This document shows, piece after piece, positions 20,045 to 31,794 of a stretch of 64,000 bases of DNA. Source of the DNA: Bdellovibrionales bacterium (lineage in GTDB: Bacteria; Bdellovibrionota; Bdellovibrionia; Bdellovibrionales; UBA1609); the NCBI GenBank assembly GCA_027317865.1, contig DAHVQG010000011.1:32001-96000 (forward strand), written 5' to 3'. The stretch's first letter is position 1. Each line of letters starts with the position of its first letter. The translations under genes were made by a program, and so were the position numbers. A model generated the notes under the pieces. It ran no database searches and was not told the origin of the DNA. It saw nothing but the letters and a program-made list of their open reading frames with translations.

Positions 20045-21343
20045 ATGTTCATGAACTTAGCACGTTTTCGGTCAATTGAGTTCGCCGGTGCTGTCGCGAT
20101 GATGGCGCTGTCTATTCTTCTTTCAGGCTGTGGCAAGGTTTGGGTTCAACTTAAGATGCGCTCGTCGGGCTCGTGCCTAACAGCGACCATGTATAATGCT
20201 ATTGGTAGTGGTACATCGAGCGACCCTTATCAAATCTGTACGGCGGCCCAAATTCAAAACCTCGCGAGTTCATCGTCGGGCTGGAGTGCCGATTTTCAAC
20301 TTGAAAACAACATCGACATGACCGGGGTTACAATCAGCCACCCCATCGGCAACAGCACAACCAATTTCACTGGAATTTTTAACGGCAATAATTACGCCAT
20401 TTCGAACTTCACTTTGAATGACGCCACCAATGCCAACGTTGGCCTGTTTGGCGTCGTCTCCGGAAACGGCACAAGTTCGGGAATAATCGAAAATCTTACG
20501 TTAACTAATGCCAATGTGACGGCTGGTACAGGTGGTGAAGTGGGCACTTTATTAGGGATGTTAGACTCGGGGCTTGTCAGCAACTGTTCAGCCGCTGGCA
20601 CTGTGACCCCTTACGAATATGGTGGTGGGCTTATCGGCGCTGCTGGCGCCACATCGGCATCGGTTTGGACAATTACCCATTCGAACGCCAACGTCACTAT
20701 CGTCGGCAACGGATTTTGCCAAGAAGTGGGTGGGTTCATCGGTTTGGCCACAGGCGCCTCAACGTCAACTATTACCGATTGTTTTGCATTGGGTAATATA
20801 TCCAACACCTTTGGATTAACCGGTGGTTTAGCAGGCTCTGTTGGTGGAGCTTCGGTAGTTAACTCGTTTGCTCGCGGTACAATCACTCTAGGCGGCACAG
20901 GAGATGACGGCGGTTTAATCGGACAGCTCGCGGGCTCAATTGTTGAAAACTGTTACGCAACTGGCGGAGTGGCTGCCTCGAACGGTTATATTGGCGGCCT
21001 CATCGGTCTACTTGGAAATGCGGGCATGACGACACAAACGATCATTAGTTCGTACGCAACAGGAGCGGTCTCCGGCGGTTCAAATCTCGGTGGGCTCATT
21101 GGTTACGATTCCGGAGGCACAACTTATACGGGTAATTCGTACTGGAACAATACGGTGAACCCGTCTCTCACTGGCATTGGCAGCGGAAGTTCTTCGAACG
21201 TTGTGGGGGCATCAACTTCGGCCATGCAAACGCAAACAACGTACTCGGGCTGGAATTTTACTTCGGGTACAGGTATCTGGATGATGCCGACCGGTGGGGT
21301 AAACCAAAGTTACCCCGTACTACAATGGGCCGGGAATCAATAA
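20045..21343 (+). CDS. GLUG-motif beta-helix surface lipoprotein
   Basis: LSGC lipobox; GSGT..DPYQI.TA.Q, FTG.FNGN...I, repeated GGLIG/GGLAG units, W.F...W......YP.L ending. Confidence 0.8.
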   Translation: MFMNLARFRSIEFAGAVAMMALSILLSGCGKVWVQLKMRSSGSCLTATMYNAIGSGTSSDPYQICTAAQIQNLASSSSGWSADFQLENNIDMTGVTISHPIGNSTTNFTGIFNGNNYAISNFTLNDATNANVGLFGVVSGNGTSSGIIENLTLTNANVTAGTGGEVGTLLGMLDSGLVSNCSAAGTVTPYEYGGGLIGAAGATSASVWTITHSNANVTIVGNGFCQEVGGFIGLATGASTSTITDCFALGNISNTFGLTGGLAGSVGGASVVNSFARGTITLGGTGDDGGLIGQLAGSIVENCYATGGVAASNGYIGGLIGLLGNAGMTTQTIISSYATGAVSGGSNLGGLIGYDSGGTTYTGNSYWNNTVNPSLTGIGSGSSSNVVGASTSAMQTQTTYSGWNFTSGTGIWMMPTGGVNQSYPVLQWAGNQ

Positions 21344-21381
21344 AAACCGTTCAAACTACGTGTGATATTAAGGCGTACTTA

Positions 21382-23679
21382 TCATTGCAAACCAAGGTCA
21401 GATAAAAACGCATCCTTATTCGGCTGCCGTCCAAGAAAAGTGGAAATCAAGTTGAGCGGGTTCATCATGTTTCCTTGTTCGAGAATGGCCGTGCGAAAAT
21501 CTCCCCCAACTTGAGCATTAAGTAGTCCGCCTTTTTGAAACCTGCTGAACATGTCGGCGGCATAAATTTCTGACCACAAACGACTGTAGCAGATACCGTC
21601 ACGTCCGGCCATGATTGGCTTAAAGCTCGCGAGAAAATGAGCGCCTTTGGCCGGTGAAAATCCCAAGATTTTTTTGTAAATTTGCGCATAGACCTGATCG
21701 GGATCCACCGCGCCCATCGAAGAATATAAAGACACGTCCGTATAGGCACGCACAATCCGCCGCATGTAGAAATAGCCAATCGGCAACCCATCGCGTTCAA
21801 ATTTTTGCACAGCTAAAAGTTTTGCGATGAGATCGTCGGGCAAAGGTTTCGCCGGGTTTTTATAAAATCCAGAAATTTTGCGAAGAATCATGCGGCTAGC
21901 CAACCAATGTTCAAGCATTTGCGACGGAGTATCGGCAAAATCAGGCACAACACGACTCCCCGACAAATATCCATACGGTGCGTGTGTTAATGTCTGTTGC
22001 ATTAATCGGCCGAAACTCCGCAATAATTTCCTCACATCTGAAAAACTGAGCAACGTTGGAGCCATTTGATTCGTGCCATTAAAATTCGCAATCAGCGCCG
22101 AGACAGGTAACCGGTACCCCCCCCGTTCTTCTCGTCCATCGATAAGCGCAAACGCCGCCGCATGTCCGGGTGCAAACGTTTGCGAGGTCAAATCAACATA
22201 AAAATATCCAATAACGGAATTTTCGCCGGGATCAACAATCGCATACAGCTTGACTCCGTCCGACCAAACCACTGCGCCATCGACCCTTTCAAAACGAACT
22301 CCAAAAACAGTTGAAAGCAACGAAAGTATTTTCGACGTGACCGTATCAGCCGGAAAATATTGCCGCACTTCATTCGAGCTCAAACCAAAATCGCTGATTT
22401 CCAATTGTTTCGTTAAATATCTTATGTCCCACGCGTGCAGCACCACTGTGGGTTGTTTTGTAGCGGGTTGCTTTGTCGCGGGTTGCTTGGCTGCGGGGCT
22501 GGTATTCGACTGTTTACTTTTCAACGGTTTGTCCGACGCTTGTTTGTTCGATGCTTGCTGGTTTGACGCTTGATCCTCCGGCTTGGTGTTCACAAGTAAG
22601 TTTTGTTTTAACTGTAATAACTGCGCCTGTTCTTTGGCGTACAATGGCGAAAAATCAGCTCTGAGTTCGTTCAGCGTCGCCATCACGTTTTTCGAATCTC
22701 TTGCCATATTTTCTTGGACACGATATTCGGCCCAATTTTTAAACCCGAGTAGCCGCGCAATTCTTTCGCGTACGCGAATAGCTTGTGCCAAAATTTGAAT
22801 GTTCTCCGAAGCACGATTTTCGTACGCGGGCATCATCGCACGGCGAGTTTGGGCTGATTGCGCGTCCGTTAATACTTGAATAAAATCCGATCGGGTTACC
22901 GGCACCGCATAAGTTGGTGTTGGCGTGGATGTAGTGTTTGACGCGGCAGTGGGTGCGACTGTGGCAGTAGTTGCGGTTACAGTAGTAGAAGGGCTCGCGG
23001 GTTTCGACGAAGTCGCGGGTGTCGCTTGCGTTTTAGATTTCACTGCGGCAAGAAAATCGCTGCTCATCCCCGCAAGCTCGTCGCCCGTGAACGTAAGTGT
23101 TGATTTGTTGCTCTTGAGATTTTGTTTATAGGTTTTTACGAGGTTGTTGAGTTTGAGTTCAAGTATGCGCAATTTTTTAAGCTTAAAGGCGCTCAAGGTT
23201 GCACCATGCCGTTCAAAATTACGACTCAAAATCACCACTAAACGTTCTTGGTCCATGTCCTCAACATTTGTCGTGCTCACAAGATGGTAAAGGCGCCGAT
23301 TTGTAAACGCTTGTGCGATTGCACGACGTACCTTCGCCTTGCAGGCGATCGCTTCAGTCCGCGTTTCGTCATCCGGCGAAACGTAGCGCATAAATATCAG
23401 GGGCTGAGTGGCGTCCATTAAATCTGTCCAGGCGCGATCAAAATCATATGCGCTTTGAATTTTTAATTTTTGATTACGGTCAAACCGGCCGACGGCTTGG
23501 TTACAATCCATCCGCAATTCACCGGAATTAAACGCCGTTTGAATAATACTTTTCTGAAATTGTGGTTCTACGTTTGCACCGCTCACTGGCGCAGCTGAGC
23601 AGCCCACAAGCAAACTCACCGCCCATCCGCAAAAAGCTAAGATTTCAGCCGTTCCCCTTGCCACTCTTACCTTTGCCAT
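21382..23679 (-). CDS. M3 (thimet oligopeptidase-like) homologue, lipoprotein, Zn motif lost
   Basis: R..IARLLGF.NW, WD..Y, YFP, IGYFY.DL, PSQMLE.W, Y..LWSE..AADMF, FLGR.P; HEFGH position reads RSFGR; LVGC lipobox. Confidence 0.85.
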   Translation of the reverse strand: MAKVRVARGTAEILAFCGWAVSLLVGCSAAPVSGANVEPQFQKSIIQTAFNSGELRMDCNQAVGRFDRNQKLKIQSAYDFDRAWTDLMDATQPLIFMRYVSPDDETRTEAIACKAKVRRAIAQAFTNRRLYHLVSTTNVEDMDQERLVVILSRNFERHGATLSAFKLKKLRILELKLNNLVKTYKQNLKSNKSTLTFTGDELAGMSSDFLAAVKSKTQATPATSSKPASPSTTVTATTATVAPTAASNTTSTPTPTYAVPVTRSDFIQVLTDAQSAQTRRAMMPAYENRASENIQILAQAIRVRERIARLLGFKNWAEYRVQENMARDSKNVMATLNELRADFSPLYAKEQAQLLQLKQNLLVNTKPEDQASNQQASNKQASDKPLKSKQSNTSPAAKQPATKQPATKQPTVVLHAWDIRYLTKQLEISDFGLSSNEVRQYFPADTVTSKILSLLSTVFGVRFERVDGAVVWSDGVKLYAIVDPGENSVIGYFYVDLTSQTFAPGHAAAFALIDGREERGGYRLPVSALIANFNGTNQMAPTLLSFSDVRKLLRSFGRLMQQTLTHAPYGYLSGSRVVPDFADTPSQMLEHWLASRMILRKISGFYKNPAKPLPDDLIAKLLAVQKFERDGLPIGYFYMRRIVRAYTDVSLYSSMGAVDPDQVYAQIYKKILGFSPAKGAHFLASFKPIMAGRDGICYSRLWSEIYAADMFSRFQKGGLLNAQVGGDFRTAILEQGNMMNPLNLISTFLGRQPNKDAFLSDLGLQ
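22447..22572. repeat. Two short arrays of imperfect 15-bp coding repeats inside the M3 gene
   Basis: Encode (K)QPAT-like x3-4 and QAS[ND] x3. Confidence 0.7.
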
Positions 23680-24201
23680 TTGACCCCTTCGCTTGCGGCC
23701 GATAACGAAAGGCGCGTCGCGATTCCGAGGGAGCTTTTACTTTCGATTGCGCCTGTGGTTTTGCCGAGCCGGTTTCAAAAGTTCGCGATTTCACCGCCGC
23801 AGGGCTAGTTAACATTTGTTTAATATCGGCATCTTGCTCAATTAAGATGCCGCTCACCGCATTAGAAGCTTCGATTTTTTGATTTCCTAAAAGCCGCCGT
23901 GGCGCTTGCTTTTGTTTTTCAACCTGTTCGCTTAGATCAATCGTTACATCGCCAAAACAGACAAGTTGGCACGCCAGCCGCCGCTGATCGATAAAATACC
24001 CGCTCCCAATAAGATTGAGTTCCTTCACACTTGGCGGCAAAACATTGTATTCACCGTCAACAACTCGCACACGGCATTCGGCACACGATGGCAAACCGTT
24101 GCAAGTGGATTTAATGGGAACACCTTTTTCGTGCGCCAAATCGAGAACCGTTTGCCCGGGGCGAATCTCGAATTCCTGGTTCTGCGGCACAAATTTAACT
24201 T

Positions 24202-24205
<4 letters not shown>
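23645..24205 (-). CDS. 2Fe-2S ferredoxin-domain protein with basic tail
   Basis: [10 protein letters not shown] ... RLACQ. Confidence 0.88.
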
Positions 24206-25436
<1,231 letters not shown>

Positions 25437-25440
<4 letters not shown>

Positions 25441-27017
25441 CGTGCGTGCTCCACCATCCGCGTTTCGCGAATGACCGAGACCTTAATTTGCCCTGGGTAA
25501 CTGAGCTCGCGCTCAATTTTTCGAGCAATATCTTTACTCAGCATACTGGCTTGATCGTCTGTTATTTTCGAGCTTTCAACGAGTACGCGCACTTCTTTGC
25601 CGGATTGCAATGCATATGTGCGCACAACGCCATCGAACGAATTGGCGACTGATTCAAGATCTTCGAGACGCCGCACAAAATTTTGAATCATTTGACGGTT
25701 TGCTCCTGGCCGAGCTTCTGAAAACCCGTTCGCCGCAAAAACAACGTGGCCGAGCAAACTGCGCTCTTCTTCACGCATCCCTTGCGAACGAATCGCGTTG
25801 ACGATCACCTCTTTTTCACCGTAACGGCGGGCATAATCGGCACCCACCTGCCAAACGCCGCCTTCGACCGTGTGATCAATGGCTTGACCGATGTCGTGTA
25901 AAAGCCCGGCCCGTCGGGCGGCCGCAACGTCTTCGCCAAGTTCTGCCGCCATAACTCCCGCCAAAAAGGCCACTTCACGTGAATGGTCGTACAAGTTTTG
26001 CGCACCCACCATCCGATATTTCATACTGCCGACAAGACTCAAAAGGCTTGCGTGCATACCCGAAAGCCCGAGATCAAAAGCCGCCTTTTCGCCGTCTTGT
26101 TTAACTGTTTCAAGTAAATCAGCTTTAACTTTTTCGACAACTTCTTCGATGCGCGCCGGGTGGACGCGGCCGTCTTCCATCAGCTTCTCAATCGAAAGCT
26201 TGGCGATTTCGCGCCGAACAGGATCAAAACTCGAAATCACGACCGCTTCGGGCGTTTCGTCGACAATCAAATCGACGCCACAAGCCGCTTCAAGCGCGCG
26301 AATGTTCCGCCCTTCGCGTCCAATAATTTTACCTTTCATCTCTTCGCCTTTTAGCGGAATGATCGTAACTGATCGCTCCGTCGAAACTTCATTCGCATAT
26401 CGCGACAACGCGACGGCAAGAATGCGCTTGGCTTTTCTATCCGCCTCTCGTTTGGCCTCATCTTCAATTTTAGTTAATTGCGGAGCTAAATCGTGGCGAA
26501 CTTCTTCTTCAAGCTCATGACGGAGCTGTTCGCGAGCTTGATCGCCGGTCAGATTCGCGACTTGCTCTAGTTTTATACGTAATTCTTGAATCTGCGCATT
26601 TGACGCCTTTTCTAAATCAATAAGTTGGTTTTCGCTCGCCTTCAGCTTTACTTCCCGGTCTTCGAGTTGTTTCAAACGACTCTGCAGATTTTTGTCTTTT
26701 TTCTTAAATTCAGAATCGAGGTTGGCCTCTTTTTGTTTCAATGAATTTTCGAGACTCTGGACGCGCTGCTTTTCTTTGCGGATTTCATTTTCGGCATTGC
26801 GCTTGGCCCGGTTTTCAAAATCGGTCGCTTTTTGGCTGGCGTCTTTTTCGATTTTTTGCGCTTGTGAACGGGCTCGCGACAGAATTCTTTCGGCTTCTTT
26901 GCTCGCATCATTCTTAAGTCTGTTTTCTTGAAACTGTCGGTAAAAATACAGGGCGACAAAACCGGCGAAAAACCCGGCCGCCAAACTGACGATTGCTACT
27001 ATTAACGATTTATCCAT
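25437..27017 (-). CDS. rny: Ribonuclease Y (HD domain partly degenerate)
   Basis: N-terminal TM helix, coiled coil, KH ([14 protein letters not shown]), GLLHDIG, YPGQIKV.VIRE; GGAG RBS before ATG 27017. Confidence 0.93.
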
Positions 27018-27600
27018 TTTCACTCCTCGCTCGTAGCAACACGTATTCATCTGTCGCAACGAGATCCATATTCACGTCGTGAGCATCACGCGGCAAATCG
27101 TCGTTTGCGATTTGCGCTACAGATGCCACGCCCACTTTGACTCCGTTATAATTTTCAAGAGCTCGATCGTAAAAACCACGGCCGCGGCCCAATCGGCGCA
27201 TTTTCCGGTCGAAAGCCACTCCAGGCACAAGAACAACATCCAACGACTTCATTTCAACTCGATCGGACTGTAACGGATTCGGCTCTTCGATATCCCATTG
27301 ACCGCGAGCAAAACTTTCGAAACTGTGTGGATGATAAAATACGATTTCGCCTTGCCCGTCATTTTTCTGTATACGCGGGAACGCCCAAAACCATCGATTA
27401 TCTTCGATAAGCGGGTCAATATTGATCTCGTCGCTTTTGCCGCGAAAAGCACCGACGCGGGCACCCTCAGGAATTACTGATTTTAAATTTTCGACAACAC
27501 GGGTTGCGGCTACGGCGCCCGACTCTTTCAAATACGAAAGATTGGCCTTTTTGAATGCCGTCCGAAGATCACTTTTTTTAACGTCGTTCAATGCACTCAC
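27010..27600 (-). CDS. ygfA: 5-formyltetrahydrofolate cyclo-ligase
   Basis: I.EP, LVPGVAFD...RLGRG.GFYDR, HD..MD. Confidence 0.9.
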   Translation of the reverse strand: MSALNDVKKSDLRTAFKKANLSYLKESGAVAATRVVENLKSVIPEGARVGAFRGKSDEINIDPLIEDNRWFWAFPRIQKNDGQGEIVFYHPHSFESFARGQWDIEEPNPLQSDRVEMKSLDVVLVPGVAFDRKMRRLGRGRGFYDRALENYNGVKVGVASVAQIANDDLPRDAHDVNMDLVATDEYVLLRARSENG

Positions 27601-27633
27601 GAGAAAACCTCACGTGAGGCAGCATCTAGAAGT

Positions 27634-27954
27634 TCAGGCTTCGATTTTTGGCGTCACATCATCTAATTGATTGAGAATTTCGCGGCTTTGGGTTTCAACT
27701 TGATCCAACTCCCTAAACAAAGTTTGCCTTAACAACACCAACTCTTCCGCCAAATTAAGACTAGCCAATACCAACGCGTTTTGAAAAGACACCGTGACAT
27801 TGGCTCGCATCGCCTCTTCCACCTTTTGATCGACAATTTGGACAAGTTCATCCACAAACGCTGATTCATGAGATGAACGCACCTTTAATGGCAAACCAGC
27901 AACCTGAACGTTGTAGACACTACGGTTTACGCTATCAGATGCTGGAGTTGACAT
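27634..27954 (-). CDS. zapA: Cell division protein ZapA
   Basis: V.VAG.......S, VD.KV, VLASLNLAEEL plus coiled coil; canonical position upstream of ygfA and rny. Confidence 0.85.
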   Translation of the reverse strand: MSTPASDSVNRSVYNVQVAGLPLKVRSSHESAFVDELVQIVDQKVEEAMRANVTVSFQNALVLASLNLAEELVLLRQTLFRELDQVETQSREILNQLDDVTPKIEA

Positions 27955-28133
27955 GCCAAAAACTCCTAAAGTTGCCTCTACTTACAAATTAAACTCAACA
28001 CTTATTGTTATCTCATTTAAGTGTGTTTGGCAATTTTACTTGGGCGTCTATTGAAAAAATCGGCCGTCTTAATTATTCTTTTTGCGCTTTGCATAATCTT
28101 GATCTATGAGCAACACACCATTTGGGGGAGATT

Positions 28134-28601
28134 ATGACAAATTTCAAATGTATTACCGTAGGAATTGTCGGCGTTCTAACGGCGGGACTGCTTTTCGCCC
28201 AAATCAGTTGGGCCTGTACGCCGTGGCGGGAGCGCTCCAGTGAATGTATTTACGGCGGCTCCCACAGTGGTACGCTTTGGACTCGTAAATGCCCGTCTAC
28301 TGTTTGTCACCGCGATGGCCACTTCATTACCAATATACCTTGCGACAACGAAACAATTTGCATGCCTGAAAGTCAAATGGACGGCCCGACGATGCCGGGA
28401 ACTGACGATCAACTCCCCGTTCATGTCAATCCGAACAACCTCACCACTGTTTGCCAAAAATGGTATCCGCTTACGGGCGATGATTCGCAAATGGATGGTT
28501 GTTCCGAAAACCAGCATGAATGGCGGCGCGTTTGCCAAAAATATGATCCCGTCGATTATCCGACACAGACGTGTTCGGCCAGCTACCCGGGCGACAACTA
28601 A
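28134..28601 (+). CDS. Small secreted Cys-rich protein
   Basis: GGGGAG RBS, signal peptide ending ISWA, 10 Cys in the mature part. Confidence 0.65.
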   Translation: MTNFKCITVGIVGVLTAGLLFAQISWACTPWRERSSECIYGGSHSGTLWTRKCPSTVCHRDGHFITNIPCDNETICMPESQMDGPTMPGTDDQLPVHVNPNNLTTVCQKWYPLTGDDSQMDGCSENQHEWRRVCQKYDPVDYPTQTCSASYPGDN

Positions 28602-28619
28602 AGCTTGATTGAAAAAATG

Positions 28620-30065
28620 CTAATCCCAGACCAGCCGGTTTAAAAGCTCGGCACACGAGCGCCAAAACGCCTTTTTCGGTTTCGCCGTTGTCGGCAACGT
28701 ATTGAGCGGCGCCCCTTGAAACGGTGACTCCACGATTTCCATTTCTTCTGGTGTCAACTCCTCAAATCGATGGATTCGTTTTTGGCGCGCAATTTCCGCC
28801 TCACATAGCAGCCGATAAGTAAGTGAATTTGACATCGTCTGTTTCGGCGGCTTGATTGCGCTCAAATAAAATTCGATTTTGCGGCGCAAGCTCAGATCAA
28901 GCGGGGATCCGGCCGAAATTCCCGCCACGATTTTGTTATACCCTAACGCCAGTTCGCTACTTTTTGCCCTTACGTTTAAATCGACGGCTTGTAAAATCAA
29001 ACGGCTCACCAAATCGATCTTATCTTGTGCCACCTGATTCTGCACTTCAACTATTTGCCGTACGAAATCAAACAATTTTTGCCTTAGCGGAAAGGACGCC
29101 GTTCGGTATTTAAAACTTGTGATTAACAGCTTTAGTTGCTGATCGGCGACCGGTAAAATCTCACCGGGTGGCACCCCCGCATCTAGCGCCTTTTGACAAA
29201 TTTCAAGCCACTGATCAATTGTATAACCGTTGCGACGTCGCGAATCCATAGCGGCAGCGATCAGTCGGTCATGATTATTCAAAGCCGGCGAAAAAAACGC
29301 CCTTGCGAACTCTTCTATTTCACAAGGCCTATTGGCACAATCCGCATGCCCGCTCACCTGCCGTTTTACTATAAGACGCGGAAACAAATTTAAATCCAAG
29401 ACTTTGGTAATTAATTGGTCGATCCTCTGAACAGCCGGCACAGATAGTCCCGTTAAATCCAGATTCATCGGCACAGAACCTTCACCGGCCAGAACACTCA
29501 ATTGAGAAAATGCCAAATTGACAAGTTCGACAAATTTTTGCAATTCAACAAAATTAGCCGGATTAGCTAATGTTTTACGAAAGCGCTTATACGCGTATTC
29601 TTCCATCATTTGCTCATACGCGCCGCCATCAATCGAATATAGCTTCAACCTGTTTGTCATAAGAATGGCTAAAAACTGCGCGGGTGAAAGTTCATCAAAG
29701 ATTTTTGGCGTGTCTCGCAATTGCTCTAAAGTTATTTCGACCGGCAACGCGGACGGGATACTGTTGAGTTCATCCTGCACGAATTTCAAATTTTCAGGAA
29801 GTACAATATCCTCCGGGTTGTCGTGTAACCAGTCGGTACTTCGAAAATGAATCGCCAAATCGGCAGATGAGTCGTCCGCAACGGGTTCAACGGTTAGATT
29901 TAAATTATGAGCATTGTCTTCAAAAAGTGAGTGACCAAAACAAGGCATCGGCATTGCCTGTAAAAGCAAAAAACACACTGAAAAAATGAACAAACGCCAG
30001 GACATGAGCGCCCCAAAACTTTTCTTTAAAACGGCCTGCCTATTTTGTAGCAATTGGCGTTCCAA
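28620..30065 (-). CDS. Hypothetical secreted, largely alpha-helical protein
   Basis: Long ORF, hydrophobic signal segment (true start may be MSWRLF), C-terminal SCAELL. Confidence 0.6.
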   Translation of the reverse strand: MERQLLQNRQAVLKKSFGALMSWRLFIFSVCFLLLQAMPMPCFGHSLFEDNAHNLNLTVEPVADDSSADLAIHFRSTDWLHDNPEDIVLPENLKFVQDELNSIPSALPVEITLEQLRDTPKIFDELSPAQFLAILMTNRLKLYSIDGGAYEQMMEEYAYKRFRKTLANPANFVELQKFVELVNLAFSQLSVLAGEGSVPMNLDLTGLSVPAVQRIDQLITKVLDLNLFPRLIVKRQVSGHADCANRPCEIEEFARAFFSPALNNHDRLIAAAMDSRRRNGYTIDQWLEICQKALDAGVPPGEILPVADQQLKLLITSFKYRTASFPLRQKLFDFVRQIVEVQNQVAQDKIDLVSRLILQAVDLNVRAKSSELALGYNKIVAGISAGSPLDLSLRRKIEFYLSAIKPPKQTMSNSLTYRLLCEAEIARQKRIHRFEELTPEEMEIVESPFQGAPLNTLPTTAKPKKAFWRSCAELLNRLVWD

Positions 30066-30167
30066 TTGTTCAACTGAACGCCCGTTTAACTACGCGAGTG
30101 GCGTGTCATATCAAGTAAAACAATACGGTGAATTTTACAATTTTAACGCCGCGAAGGGGCCCGCATG

Positions 30168-31772
30168 TTAGCGCTCCCGTAAAAACGTGTAGACGTGAGC
30201 TGAAAACAGTCCAACAATACGGCGATAGTCGCTTAGGACGTCAAGGTGAATGGAACTTGTGTTGATGGTTTCTTTACGGCCGGCTGCCATACGTTCAATG
30301 TGCGTCTCGCGCAGCATTCGCTCCATTTTTCTGATGACACGTTTTTTGAAAACGACTTTTGCGGCAAGATCCTTACTTTGCAATTGGAAGCAGCTTACCG
30401 ACAACTCCGCGACTTCGACAACGGCGGCGTGTAGGGTCTCAAGCTCCTTCCAACCTTCTATGCTGAATACCAACTTCAAAGCATGCTTCTTTTCGGCCAG
30501 TTCAATGAGGGAGTTATCCACCACATCCGCGGCACTTTCGAGATCGGAAGCATAGCTGAACAGCCGCACCATTTGACGATGCAATTCGCTGTCGTCGGTG
30601 CGCATATATTTAGTAAGAAAAAGACTGATCTCTCGGTTTAGAAGATCGACTCGGTTGTCGCGCGCACGCAAATCGCTAATCAGATCGGGATTTTCATCGT
30701 GCAAAATCGATAGCGAATCTTTGATCATCGTGATCACGATATCAGCCATGCGTAAACATTCGCGCTCGGCGTGAGCCAACACGACGCTTGGCGATTCGAA
30801 AGTTGCACGGTCTAAATATTTAACAGAAAATTCGCGCTCATTGGGCTTCGGCGGCACAAGTTTTTGTACAATACTCGCTCCACTGCGAATAAACGGAAAA
30901 AATACGATGGCCGCACAAACGTTGAACAGTAAATGAGCGTCGGCGACTTGCCTTGCGGGAGAGCCAAAACTGACCAATCGCGCCGCATAGGGCGTTAAAA
31001 AATAAAAAATCGCGACCATAAGCACTTTGTGCAAACAATGCGCCCAGGCCACCTGTCTACCTGTTGCATTACTTTCAACAGATGCCAAAAGTGCCGTCGC
31101 CGTCGTGCCGATATTAGCTCCATACACCCAATAAAATGCATCGGTAATGTGAATTAGCCCGGCCGAAGCCATCGTCATCGCAATACCGATGACCACCGCA
31201 CTACTGCGAATCATTGCCGTGAAAATCGCAATCACCACCACCGTAGCGAGCGGGTTCGAATGAAAATACGAGAGCGTTTCGGGGAACAGCGCGGCGCTTT
31301 TAATCGCCTGACTGCCAATGCCAATGACTTCTAAACCAAAAAACATTAGGCCAAAACCCATCACAACTTGCGCCACCCGGTTGAGAACGCGCTTATGAGT
31401 GAGAAATTGAATGGTAAATGCGATGCCGAATATGGGCAGGCCCAATGTGGCGACATTTAAGCTCAACAATTGAGTGGTGACGGTAGTGCCAATACCGGTG
31501 CCGAGAATAATACCCATCACTTGTTCGAGCGAAACAACGCCTGCAGTACCAAGTCCCACCAGAGTCGATGTCACGGCTCCCGAACTTTGCACGAGGATCG
31601 TGATTACGATGCCTGACAAAACAGCCAAAAATGGACGATTCGAAAGTTTTGCCATCATGTCCCGAATACGATTTGCGGCGAGGTTCTGCAAATTTTCGCT
31701 CACAATTTTCATCCCGAGCAAAAAAAGCGCAGTGCCGCCAACGAGATAAACAAAGATGGAGTGCGACTCCAT
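30168..31772 (-). CDS. Na/Pi cotransporter with PhoU-like domains
   Basis: GG.ALFL.GM, VQSS, G..IGTT.T, GANIGTT, DLE..AD, SSIHLD. Confidence 0.9.
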   Translation of the reverse strand: MESHSIFVYLVGGTALFLLGMKIVSENLQNLAANRIRDMMAKLSNRPFLAVLSGIVITILVQSSGAVTSTLVGLGTAGVVSLEQVMGIILGTGIGTTVTTQLLSLNVATLGLPIFGIAFTIQFLTHKRVLNRVAQVVMGFGLMFFGLEVIGIGSQAIKSAALFPETLSYFHSNPLATVVVIAIFTAMIRSSAVVIGIAMTMASAGLIHITDAFYWVYGANIGTTATALLASVESNATGRQVAWAHCLHKVLMVAIFYFLTPYAARLVSFGSPARQVADAHLLFNVCAAIVFFPFIRSGASIVQKLVPPKPNEREFSVKYLDRATFESPSVVLAHAERECLRMADIVITMIKDSLSILHDENPDLISDLRARDNRVDLLNREISLFLTKYMRTDDSELHRQMVRLFSYASDLESAADVVDNSLIELAEKKHALKLVFSIEGWKELETLHAAVVEVAELSVSCFQLQSKDLAAKVVFKKRVIRKMERMLRETHIERMAAGRKETINTSSIHLDVLSDYRRIVGLFSAHVYTFLRER

Positions 31773-31794
31773 TATAGATATGTCCGGATGAGCA

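Noticed and set aside
25891-26520. Long antisense ORFs (also 33205-33915, 35710-36261, 58424-59059)
   Set aside because: Shadows of conserved genes on the opposite strand, with no motifs or RBS.
28026-28045. Sigma54 promoter for the Cys-rich gene
   Set aside because: TTGGCA is present but there is no GC at the -12 position.
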